Assembly: GCF_963921235.1 (NCBI RefSeq) | Contig: NC_086097.1 | Coordinates: forward strand, 251,412,001 to 251,476,000 | DNA: 64,000 bases | Reading direction: 5' to 3' | Source of the DNA: Mobula hypostoma | Taxonomy: Eukaryota | Shown here: positions 51,133 through 60,844 of the stretch, one piece after another | Position numbering within the stretch: position 1 is the stretch's first letter | Layout: each line of letters begins with the position of its first letter | Translations under genes and position numbers: made by a program | Notes under the pieces: model-generated | What the model was told of the DNA's origin: nothing | Database searches by the model: none | The model's input: only the letters and a program-made list of their open reading frames with translations

Positions 51133-52322
51133 AAACAACAGGAATTCTGCAGATGCTGGAAATTCAAGCAACACACATCAAAGTTGCTGGTGAACGCAGC
51201 AGGCCAGGCAGCATCTCTAGGAAGAGGTACAGTCGACGTTTCGGGCCGGGACCCTTCGTCAGGACTAACTGAAGGAAGAGCTAGTAAGAGATTTGAAAGT
51301 GGGAGGGGGAGGGGGAGATCCAAAATGATGGGAGAAGACAGGAGGGGGAGGGATGGAGCCAAGAGCTGGACAGGTGATTGGCAAAAGGGACATGAGAGGA
51401 TCATGGGACAGGAGGCCCAGGGAGAAGGAAAGGGGGGAGGGGGGAAAAAACCCAGAGGATGAGCAAGGGGTATAGTGAGAGGGACAGAGGGAGAAAAAGG
51501 AGAGAGAGAGAATGAATGTGTGTATAAAAATAAATAATGGATGGGGTACGAGGGGGAGGTGGGGCATTAGCGGAAGTTTGAGAAGTCAATGTTCATGCCA
51601 TCAGGTTGGAGCTACCCAGACGGAATATAAGGTGTTGTTCCTCCAACCTGAGTGTGTTTTCATCTTTACAGTAGAGGAGGCCGTGGATAGACATGTCAGA
51701 ATGGGAATGGGATGTGGAATTAAAATGTGTGGCCACTGGGAGATCCTGCTTTCTCTGGCGGACAGAGCGTATGTGTTCAGCAAAACGATATCCCAGTCTG
51801 CGTCGGGTCTCGCCAATATATAGAAGGCCACATCGGGAGCACCGGACACAGTATACCACCCCAGCCGACTCACAGGTGAAGTGTTGCCTCACCTGGAAGG
51901 ACTGTCTGGGGCTCTGAATGGTGGTAAGGGAGGAAGTGTAAAGGCATGTGTAGCACTTGTTCCGCTTACAAAGTGCCAGGAGGGAGATCAGTGGGGATGG
52001 ATGGGGGGAACGAATGGGCAAGGGAGTCATGTAGGGAGCGATCCCTGCGGAAAGCAGAGAGGGGGGGAGGGAAAGATGTGCTCAGTGATGGGATCCCGTT
52101 GGAGGTGACGGAGGTTACGGAGAATAATATGGAGAAAAGGGTTTCCCTTCTTCCACCATCAACTCTGCTCTCAAACGCATCTCCCCCATTTCATGCACAT
52201 CTGCTCTCACTCCATCCTCCCGTCACCCCACTAGGAATAGGGTCCCCCTGGTCCTCACCTACCACCCCACCAGCCGCAGGGTCCAACATATTATTCTCCG
52301 TAACTTCCGCCACCTACAATGG
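51133..52322 (-). mobile_element. Penelope-like element (GIY-YIG + pLTR) with an inverted internal piece at 52130-52322
   Basis: ORF 51593-52030 GVVYCVRC..LYIGET; close relative of the 33202-34741 copy. Confidence 0.9.
51231..51266 (-). ncRNA. Minimal type I hammerhead ribozyme motif in a Penelope-like element end
   Basis: Minus strand AGTC-CTGACGA-AGGGTCCCGGCCC-GAAA-C-GTC-GACT. Confidence 0.75.
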
Positions 52323-54002
52323 CTACATGTATGGTGTGCATTCCCCCTCTTTCTCCTGACAGTCACCCAGTTACCTGTCTCCTGAAACCCAGGGGTGACT
52401 ACCTCCCTGTAGCTCCTGTCTATCACCTCTCATTCTCCGTGTGAGGCGAAGGTCATCAAACTGCAGCTCCAGTTCCTTAATACATTCTCTCAGGAGCTGC
52501 AACTCGATGCACCTGGTGAAGATGTGTTTGTCTAGGAGACTGCAGATCTCCCAGACTTCCCACATCCCACACACTGCCCCTGGCGCCATTCTCACTGAAC
52601 TACTGAAACTAAACAAGTAAGAACAGAAAGGGAGTAACTTACAAGACCGTGTACCTCACCCAAGTCTGATGAGCCAAAGCCACTGGAAAGACAGGCCCAC
52701 TCAGAACAGTGACCACTCTGCCTGCACTTGAGTTATTTTTATTCGCCCTTTCTAATGAATCCCTTTTCTGATTGGTCTTTCCTCAACTCAGAGGAACTGC
52801 CGCGAAGCTCTGCCTTTAAAATCTCCATCACCTGATTTTAAAAGTAGCTCTTTTAATGTACCTCTGGCGTGGATTGTCCAACTCATAGTAGTCAATCCTC
52901 AAGTATTGCTTTCTAGATAAAATCCCACCCTGTAATCTTTTGTGAATCTGTTACCCCAAAAAGATGGTCATTGTTTTTGGAAGGTATTACTTCTGCACTG
53001 GGATATACTTGTGAACAAAATCCTCTTACCAATGCTGACCCTTTACCCACCACCCATCCATTTGAACATTTCTATCTTTATTTTAAATAAAGTGGTATTG
53101 ATTTAAGTTACTTCGCTGGAAATCAATTATATGTCTGCAGTCAAGAGGCCTAATTCTGAGCCCATGTCTTAAGGTCTTACGTACCTTTGATGATAAACTT
53201 AAGCCCTCCCCACCATTGAGCACATCTACGTGGAGCATTTTTGCAGTAAAGCAGTATCCATCATCAGGAATCCCATCACCCAGGACATGCTCTCTTCTCG
53301 ATGCTGCCGTCAGAAAGAAGGTATAGGAGCCCCAGGACCCATATCAGCAGTTTCAGGAATAGTTATTATCACTCAACCATCAAGCTCTTGAACCAGAGGG
53401 CATAACTTCACTCAACTTCACTTCATCATTAAAATGTTCCCACAACCTATGGACTCACCTTCAAGGATTCTTTATCGCATGTTCTCAATATTTATTGCTT
53501 ATTTATTTATTATTACTATTTATTTCTGTTTGGATTTTGTACACTGGTTGAATGTTTGAGTTAGTGCAGTCTTTCACTGATTCTATTATTAAGGTTTGCC
53601 TGCAAGAAAATGAATCTCAAGGTTGTATATGGTGACATATATGTAGTTTGAAATTTACTTTGAACTTTGATATAAAATCACAAAGGGCATAAATAATATG
53701 CATTCTTTTTTTCCCTGGGATTAGAGAATCAAGAACTGGAAGGAATAGGTTTAGGTTTAAGATTTAATACCAACTTGTATTTTACACAAAGAGTGGCATC
53801 TACAGTATGTGGAGTGAATGGCCAGAGAAAGTGGTAACATTTAAAAGATACATGTTTTTATTTATTTCCAGATATAGCACGGACCTGGCCTCTTCAGCCC
53901 AACGATCCGCACCACTCAGCTAGCCACCTATTTCAGAATCACAATCACGTTTATTATCACCGGCATGTGTTGTGAAATTTAACCGTAACCTAATCACAGG
54001 AG

Positions 54003-54399
54003 AACCACGACCTTGGCCTGGCTTGGAGGCTTGTGTGCCTCAATGACCCGGAGAGCTCTGTTGGCTGGAGTCAGGGCTTTGTGCTTTGGCTCTTGGTAGA
54101 GTCACCCATACCAAATAGGTCAAAGGGTAGAGGCCAGACTAAGAGTGGTCCACAAGTCCTACATGTTCAGGGGTTCAGCTCAGGGCTAACAAACATGACT
54201 GGTAAAACAAAATTGTTATGGAAACAGCAATGAAGAATCATTTATATTTGAGTACAATGGTATTCCTGAGTCTCTACCCAGGACTTGCATGGCTGACAGT
54301 AGTGAAAACCGAGAGGGACCTCTGTACACTGCCAGAGATGGAGGGCCTTCATTACTGCCTTAAACGCCAGCAGCGTAACGGGCAGCACTAAGTAAGTAA
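54003..54399 (+). mobile_element. RTE-derived bipartite non-autonomous element (same family as 22420-22832)
   Basis: Shared ggcttgtgtgcc..aatgacccgg..gctggagtcagggctttgtgctttggct; taagtaagtaa tail. Confidence 0.7.
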
Positions 54400-54834
54400 C
54401 CACAGGACAATTCACAACAACCAACTAACCTACTAAATGATACATCTTTGGACTGTGGGAGGAAACCCACACATTCACAGAAAGGAGCATTCAAATTTAT
54501 TACAAAGGATGCTAGAATTGAACTCTGATCTCCAATGCCCCGAACTGTAGCCCTCTTACATAGATTGGAAAGGTATAGAAGGTTATGCCAAACACTGTCA
54601 AATGGGACTGCCTTAGATGGGAATCTTGGTTGGCACAGGGTGGTTGGGCTGAAGGGGCAGCTTCATGATTACTTGCTGTACCCCCATACCTATTTTTGAT
54701 TCTAGTTATTGGGACTTCCCGCCGCCACCACCCCACCTTTCCTGTGGACTGAAACAATTTATTGTCTCACTATGTCTAAATAAGAATCTGCATTTTCTTT
54801 CTTCATTCTGCAGTGAAAAATTTCACATCTGCCA

Positions 54835-55105
54835 AACTCCTGCCTACTGGAATTTCCTTCTTGTATCTTTTAGAATTGATTTTAAAGTTCTCTTATTGTT
54901 TGTAAAACTTCCAATGGTCTGGGACTGGAGTACATCACAGAATCACTTTAGTTTTGTGAGCTTGCTCGGGCGCTTAGGTCTTCTTCCGCCAGTCAGTTAA
55001 ATTTAAACAATCTCCCTTAAAAGATAATTGACAGGTTAACTTCATTGAACTATGCGCCTAAACCATGGAACTCAATACCTAAAACTACAAGGGATGCAGA
55101 CTCAT
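54835..55105 (+). mobile_element. L2 LINE 3' remnant
   Basis: VSFRIDFKVLLL..NYAPKPWNSIP motifs typical of the L2 ORF2 C-terminus. Confidence 0.65.
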
Positions 55106-56310
55106 ACAATGTTGGAAAATGCACGGTCATGCACTTTGGTAGTAGAAATAAATGTGCAGACTATTTTCTAACCAGGAAGAAAATCCAGGAATCTGAGATG
55201 CAGAGGGACTTGGGAGTTAATCTTGGGAATCTGAGATGCAGAGGTTAACTTGCAGGTTGAGTCAGTGGTGAGGAAGGCAAATGCCATGTTAGCATTCATT
55301 TCAAGAGGTCTCGAATACAAGAGCAAGGATGTGATGCTGAGGCTTTATAAGGCACTGGTGAGGCCTCACCTTGACTATTGTGAACAGTTTTGGGCTCATC
55401 TTAGAAAAGGTGTGCTGGCATTGGAGAGGGTCCAGAAAAGGTTAACAAAGATGATTCCAGGAATGAAAGGGTTATCATATTCGCTGGAATTCAGAAGGAT
55501 TGTTGGGGGGGGGGGGTGGAATCTCATTGAAACCTTTCAAATGTTGAAAGGCTTAAATAGAGTAGATGTTGGAAAGGATGTTTCCCATGGCGGGGAAGTC
55601 TCGGACCAGAGGGCACAGCCTCAAGATGGAGGGGCGCCCTTTCAAAACAGTGATACAGAGAAATTTCTTTAGCCAGAGGGTGGTGAATTTGTGGAACTTG
55701 TTGCCAGAGGCAGCTGTAGAGGCCAGGTTGTTGGGTGTATTTAGGTCAGAGGTTGACAGGTTCTTGATTGGACATGGCATCTAACGTTATGGGGAGAAGG
55801 CTGGGAAGTGGGGTTAAGGAGGGAAAAAATGGTGGTGCAGACTCAATGGGCCAAATGGCCTAATTCTGCTATGCCTTATGGTCTTATAAGGTATAGGAGC
55901 AAAATTAAGCAATATGGCCCATCGAGTCTGCTCAGCCGATTCATCATGGCTGATGAACCCTTCTTAAACCCACTCTCCTGCCTTCTCCCGATCTTTGATG
56001 CCCTTACAAATCAAAAACCACTTTAAATACCTGTAATGATTTGGCCTCCATGGCCATCTGTGGCAATGAATTCCACAGATTCACCACCCTTAGGCTAAAG
56101 AAATTCCTCACCTCAGCTCTAAATGGATGGCTATTATAACACTGCATCCTCTGGTCCTAGACTCCCCCACTATAGGAAACAGCCTCTCCACATCCATTCT
56201 ATCCAGGCCTTTCAGTATTCGATAGGTTTCAATGAGATCCTCCATTATTCTTCTAAATGCTAGTGAGTACAATACAGGCCCAGAGCATTCAAACACTCCT
56301 CGTATCTTAA
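55105..56310. mobile_element. Tail-to-tail CR1 3' fragments (plus to ~55885, minus thereafter)
   Basis: CR1 C-terminal peptides on both strands. Confidence 0.8.
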
Positions 56311-56689
56311 CCTTAACATACTGTGTAAGAGGGATTTTAAAACAAAAATAATTTTGAAAATGTGATACTTTGTGGCTAGGATCTAATAGTCATTGTCATA
56401 CTTTATTGATCCCGGGGGTAATATATATCAAGCATGGAGTGAGGTATGAACATGCAATAATTAGGACTGGGCAGATCAAGTTCATGATATGCTGGCTACA
56501 GGTCAGTCAATGGCATACCAAAATAGCCAAATCTTTTAGGAATACTGGCATATATCAGCAGATGAGCACATAGGTGAGAAATTAGTGTTTTTGAAGTGAA
56601 AATAAGAAGTCTGAAGTTTAACACAAACACTCTGTGTTTGATCAAGCTGAACTACAATTATCCCACACAAACACAAGATTTTTTTAAAT

Positions 56690-57130
56690 TTAATTTGAGG
56701 CCTCCATTAGTCAGGGTTGACCATGGCTGTTGTGTCCCAGTTTACATGCTATTCAAGCCAGGGCAGTACAGTACAGAGAGCAAGTTGATGCCCATGTAGT
56801 AAAATCTACAGAAAGATCAGGGGCTGATACATTTTGGCACCAGGAGTTGCCGGTCAGCACTGAACTCATAGGACTACCTTAGGGACTCCAGCTTCCAGAT
56901 TGGAGATTAGTTTTCCTTCTCCTAGATGAGCTGACAACCACGGTTGACAAACCCCACTTGCCTGAAGCAACTGATTTTAAGGGGCCTGTAACCCGCCTTT
57001 GAACCTTGTCCTATCAGTAGAAATGGTTCCACTGGGCTTAGTAACTAAACCACAGATGCTGGACTTGTTAGAAGCTATTTGCGACACACGTCATTGGGAG
57101 CATTTAAATAGGTAGAGGGTGCTATTCCCC
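56690..57130 (-). mobile_element. RTE-derived non-autonomous element remnant
   Basis: ccatggtcaaccctgactaatggaggcc RTE-type tail on the minus strand. Confidence 0.5.
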
Positions 57131-58978
57131 CCCCCCCATATAAAAGGCAGACAATTAACAGTTTAGTTTTTTTGTCAAGGGCAAATCTAATATTGAATGA
57201 ATTTCAGTATTGTTATTTAGTGAGATGAAGAAATACAGTTCTTTCTCATGTGCAACAACTCTGAATGATAAATTCATCGACTTTTTCCATCATACAAAAA
57301 CTCTGGGCAGTGTAGCTCATATCTGTATTTTCATAATACTGTCAGGTTTCAGTATTTAGTTGCAGAAAGAATGCAGAAATATTTGTGGACACAGCGGTAT
57401 CAATTCGAATGGCTGCTTTGATTACCAGTTTAACACTAGCTCATTCACAGATTTCCAATGATGATGCTCTAATCACACTTCCATCAGCTAAACAAGCAAA
57501 TACGCCTTCAAACAACTCTGGAATGTGACCTAAATCACTATTGAACAGGTAAGAACTCGCAAACATATTAATAACCTATTTCCTGGTACAATGTAAACAC
57601 ACTGAATATCTTGTAGCATATTGACTACACTGTCAAAAGAAAGGACAAGGTTAAGAGAACAAACACCTCCCCCATACTATGCATACATTCCACACAATGC
57701 AAATTGAAGCAGTTTGCCCAATCATTACATAATCCTGTCCAATCACAGGCAAGGCTGGGCAAAACAAAGGGACAAAGAATTTGTTTTTCCCATTCACTAC
57801 CGGTTTATTTTCACTTCGTTTGCAATGATTGTACTGTCAATTACTGTTTCATTATTTTATTTTCTTTTAGACTATCACAACCGTTCTATTGTTTAACCTA
57901 TTTCCTAATCTCTATTTTTATTTAATGCTTTCACTAATTACTTCCCATTATTTTCTTCTTTCAGACTATTGCATCTGTTGTTGTTTACTCAATTTTCTAA
58001 TCTTTCCCTATCTTTAAACCATACATGTTGTCACTAATGATTTTGTCCTAGCCTGTTTACCTATGAAGATTGTGCTAATCTCACACTGGCTCCCTCCCCA
58101 TTTACAAGGATAATGGTTTGGCTACTGGAGAATAACAAATGCACACCAGCCAAACTCGCTGGAGTGAACCCTACACAGAGCAGTCAACAAGTCCCAGCAG
58201 AGAGATTGATGCTGCTGCTGAACTCGGGGTAAATCACCCACAATATGTCAAGTGGGCTGTCACTGAACACCCCTCTGAAAACCCACTCCAGCTGAACTCT
58301 TGAAAGAAACTGAAAGTATAATTCTGAATCCATATTACTAAAAATAAATGAAATAAACAGTCAAAACTTCTGAGAAATCAGATCTTCTCTGGGACTTTAC
58401 CAGCAGGGTAGACTTAACTTTAATCAATCTGTGGGAAAACACAGTTTTATGCAAAGAAAAACAAGCTCAGGTCATTCTGTTACTCAGTGGTAGATTTCTG
58501 AATGGATATTGAACTCTGCTTCCTTCCCTCTTTTTGACCAATTCATTTAAATGTTTTAATATAGATTTATCTATATTTTACTGAGATTCAGTTTTTTTAA
58601 TCTATACTTATTATAATTCATACATTTTATTATGTACAAAACAAATGCCAGTTTAAAAAAAAAGTAGTAATGAATAGTTTGCACAAGAGTCCTGTATCTA
58701 CCAGAAACCCCTCTCAGCCTGGACACTCGTCTGACTACAACATCAAGGCTTCGTGGATTTGACTGAGACAGGAATGGGTGAAGAATCCCAGGCATACACA
58801 CATCAAAATATTTATGCCAAACACGCCAGCCTTCGTGATTTCCTTATTTCTACCGAAAACACCAATCACCTGTCCCCTGTGGATAGAATGAGCCACCTTC
58901 GCAAATAAATTCATGTAAGTTATTAAAGTAGGCTACATCATACAAGAAGCAAATAAGTCTGTTGTTCAACTGCAATAC

Positions 58979-59051
58979 TTTATTTGACATTAATTCCTGG
59001 AGAACAGGAACAACGAAATACTCCGTTACGAAGTAAACACCTTATTTTATT
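58979..59051 (-). terminator. Two AATAAA polyadenylation signals for FRAT mRNA
   Basis: TTTATT on + at 59046-59051 and 58979-58984, about 630-700 nt downstream of the FRAT stop. Confidence 0.6.
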
Positions 59052-59677
59052 GTAGCGAAATTTAAGTGGCTATTAAATAACAACGAACTTGAACCCTACT
59101 TTGCCACGAAACCAGGTCCGAAAGCTAGTGGGAAAAAGACACGTCTTGTAAACAGTTCGCGGAATTCCTGATGTAGTTGGTGGTTCTAGAGTTCTTGGAA
59201 TGCGGATTTGGCTCGGCTGGTATCCAGTCCACTTTACTGAGAAACGATTTTTGGAGGTGGGGAGCATTCAAATGTCTGCGGAAAAGACCCATCCAAAAAA
59301 AGTAACGAGGGAGTCCAAAAAGATCAAGGTCAGCGTTGGTTAACGACCTTGCGGGTGTCCGTCAGTTTAAACAAGCACCAGACGGCGTGCTTTTCCGCTG
59401 TAAACAAGGTTTCTGTAGCCCATTGAAAAAATATACAAGCAGTCAATATCGAAAAAGATTGGTTTGCATTGTTTTTGTTAAAATATAATTGAACTGGTGC
59501 AAAGATGAAATTCCAAAGTCCTTATCCATCTCCTCGTGAATACCGCACAGTGCTTTAAGACAGATTATTGTTCTGAAAAACTATTCACTTCTCACCGGCT
59601 GTGGATTCCTTTGTGTTTTAATGTTCCTCTCCCACGGTACAAGTCTTCCCCGCGTTGGGTTCCCCTCCGAACGGGGC

Positions 59678-60172
59678 TTACATCGGGATCTTCTCCACGT
59701 ACAGTGGCGAGTAGTGCCGGTCGATCCGCAGGCGCCTCACCGCCTCTTTGATCAGGTTGCCCGAGGAGAGGAGCTGCTCCAGCTTCTGCTGGGCGCTGGC
59801 CTCGGAGCCGGGCCGCGCCACCCGCCCTTTGCCGTTGCCGGCCGACGAGGAGGAGGCCGGGTCGCGGATCCGGGCCGGCACTTGGTAAGGCTTGTTGCGG
59901 CTCGGAGCCTTCAGGCGGTCGATGCAGCAGAAGCCGCACTTGGCCGGGCCCCGCGGCGGAGGCTGCTGCCGCTCCCGCTCGTACGGCGGCTGCTGCTGCT
60001 GATGATGAATGGTCTGCACCGACGGCTGCTGCTGCTGCTTGGCGGCCCCGCCGCCGGGCACCCGCTGCAACTGCAGCGTCTCGCCGATCTTCGCCACCAG
60101 CGCGTCGATCTCGTTCGGGTCGACCGTGACGGCCTGCTCCAGCAGGAGGAAGCCCTCGCCTCGCCGCGGCAT
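59678..60172 (-). CDS. FRAT1: FRAT/GBP family GSK-3-binding protein, intronless, 164 aa (FRAT1/FRAT2 orthology not resolvable)
   Basis: The N-terminus MPRRGEGFLLLEQAVTVDPNEIDALVAKIGETLQL and C-terminal LEQLLSSGNLIKEAVRRL match FRAT/GBP conserved domains I and III (GSK3-binding SGNLIKEAVRRL); central CC..R..PY motif. ATG at 60172 has A at -3; lies in a CpG island. Confidence 0.95.
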   Translation of the reverse strand: MPRRGEGFLLLEQAVTVDPNEIDALVAKIGETLQLQRVPGGGAAKQQQQPSVQTIHHQQQQPPYERERQQPPPRGPAKCGFCCIDRLKAPSRNKPYQVPARIRDPASSSSAGNGKGRVARPGSEASAQQKLEQLLSSGNLIKEAVRRLRIDRHYSPLYVEKIPM

Positions 60173-60392
60173 CTTTTGTTCCCCCTGCTCCTGTCTACGA
60201 CTCGGTCGCCTCTCCCGCCAGCAGCCCGGGCACATCAGCTCACAGTGCGGCACATCCCGTGTTAGGTGAAGTGGAATTTGGCCCGAACGAGAGGAGTGCG
60301 AGAGCGGGGAGAGGGCGCCGCGCTGAGGGGAAAGGTGCGCGCACCGACTGAGGCGACGACCGCCGGCCGCCGGCCTCCTACTCCCGCTTGTC

Positions 60393-60411
60393 AACAAAGG
60401 GTGACGTCACC
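60393..60411. promoter_or_regulatory. TCF/LEF- or SOX-type site (AACAAAG) abutting a second palindromic CRE (GGTGACGTCACC)
   Basis: Sequence tcAACAAAGggTGACGTCAcc. Confidence 0.55.
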
Positions 60412-60527
60412 GCGGCGGGAACGCCCACTCCGGTTCAGGGAGGGTGCAGCCGCCAACGAGCGCGCACACCCCCTTTACAACTTCACCACAGCCGACCCCC
60501 CGACTGCGTCCGACAAACACCAGGATA

Positions 60528-60535
60528 CTTATATA
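60528..60535 (-). promoter_or_regulatory. TATA box of FRAT (TATATAAG)
   Basis: Minus strand reads cgggaTATATAAGt, matching TATAWAWR; implies a TSS near 60500. Confidence 0.6.
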
Positions 60536-60664
60536 TCCCGGTTGGTAGTGGGTAGGTGGAGAAGGGGTTGGGAGTCACGTGCAATGCGAACGTTTCTTCT
60601 CCCCCCCCCACTCCACCACCACTTACCGCGCTCTCCATGAGGCGGAGGGGGGTAGCCCAGTGGG

Positions 60665-60771
60665 CCCGCCCCCGCGGAGAAGAATGAATGGCGCGTGACG
60701 TCACTGGAATGGCCGCTGGTGACTGGAAAAGGAGGGGGGAGGGCGCGCGCAACCACTCGGCCAATGGGCGG
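60665..60771. promoter_or_regulatory. GC boxes and CCAAT (NF-Y) box
   Basis: CCCGCCCC at 60665-60672; ggCCAATggg with CCAAT at 60761-60765; GGGCGG at 60766-60771. E-boxes CACGTG also at 60576 and 60811. Confidence 0.55.
60695..60704. promoter_or_regulatory. Full palindromic CRE (GTGACGTCAC), upstream
   Basis: Exact TGACGTCA core. Confidence 0.65.
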
Positions 60772-60820
60772 CCGGCGTTTGTGTTTTTGAAGCCCGGCCG
60801 TTGGCGACCGCACGTGGATG

Positions 60821-60844
60821 CACTTCCTTATATGGAAGGAAGTG
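60821..60844. promoter_or_regulatory. Serum response element: CArG box CCTTATATGG with flanking ETS sites
   Basis: CC(A/T)6GG at 60826-60835; CACTTCC at 60821-60827 and GGAAGTG at 60838-60844. Confidence 0.7.

Noticed and set aside
57850..58010. Degenerate ~95-bp tandem duplication with tttt(t/c)ag acceptor-like ends
   Set aside because: AT-rich low-complexity sequence; no open exon or donor supportable.
59621..60265. 214-aa plus-strand ORF (and 59592-59939, 60266-60640)
   Set aside because: Antisense or alternate-frame shadows of the GC-rich FRAT CDS and CpG island; no recognisable domain.
60236..60397. N-terminal extension of FRAT from the ORF-track start at 60397
   Set aside because: Non-ATG start; family homology begins at MPRR (60172).
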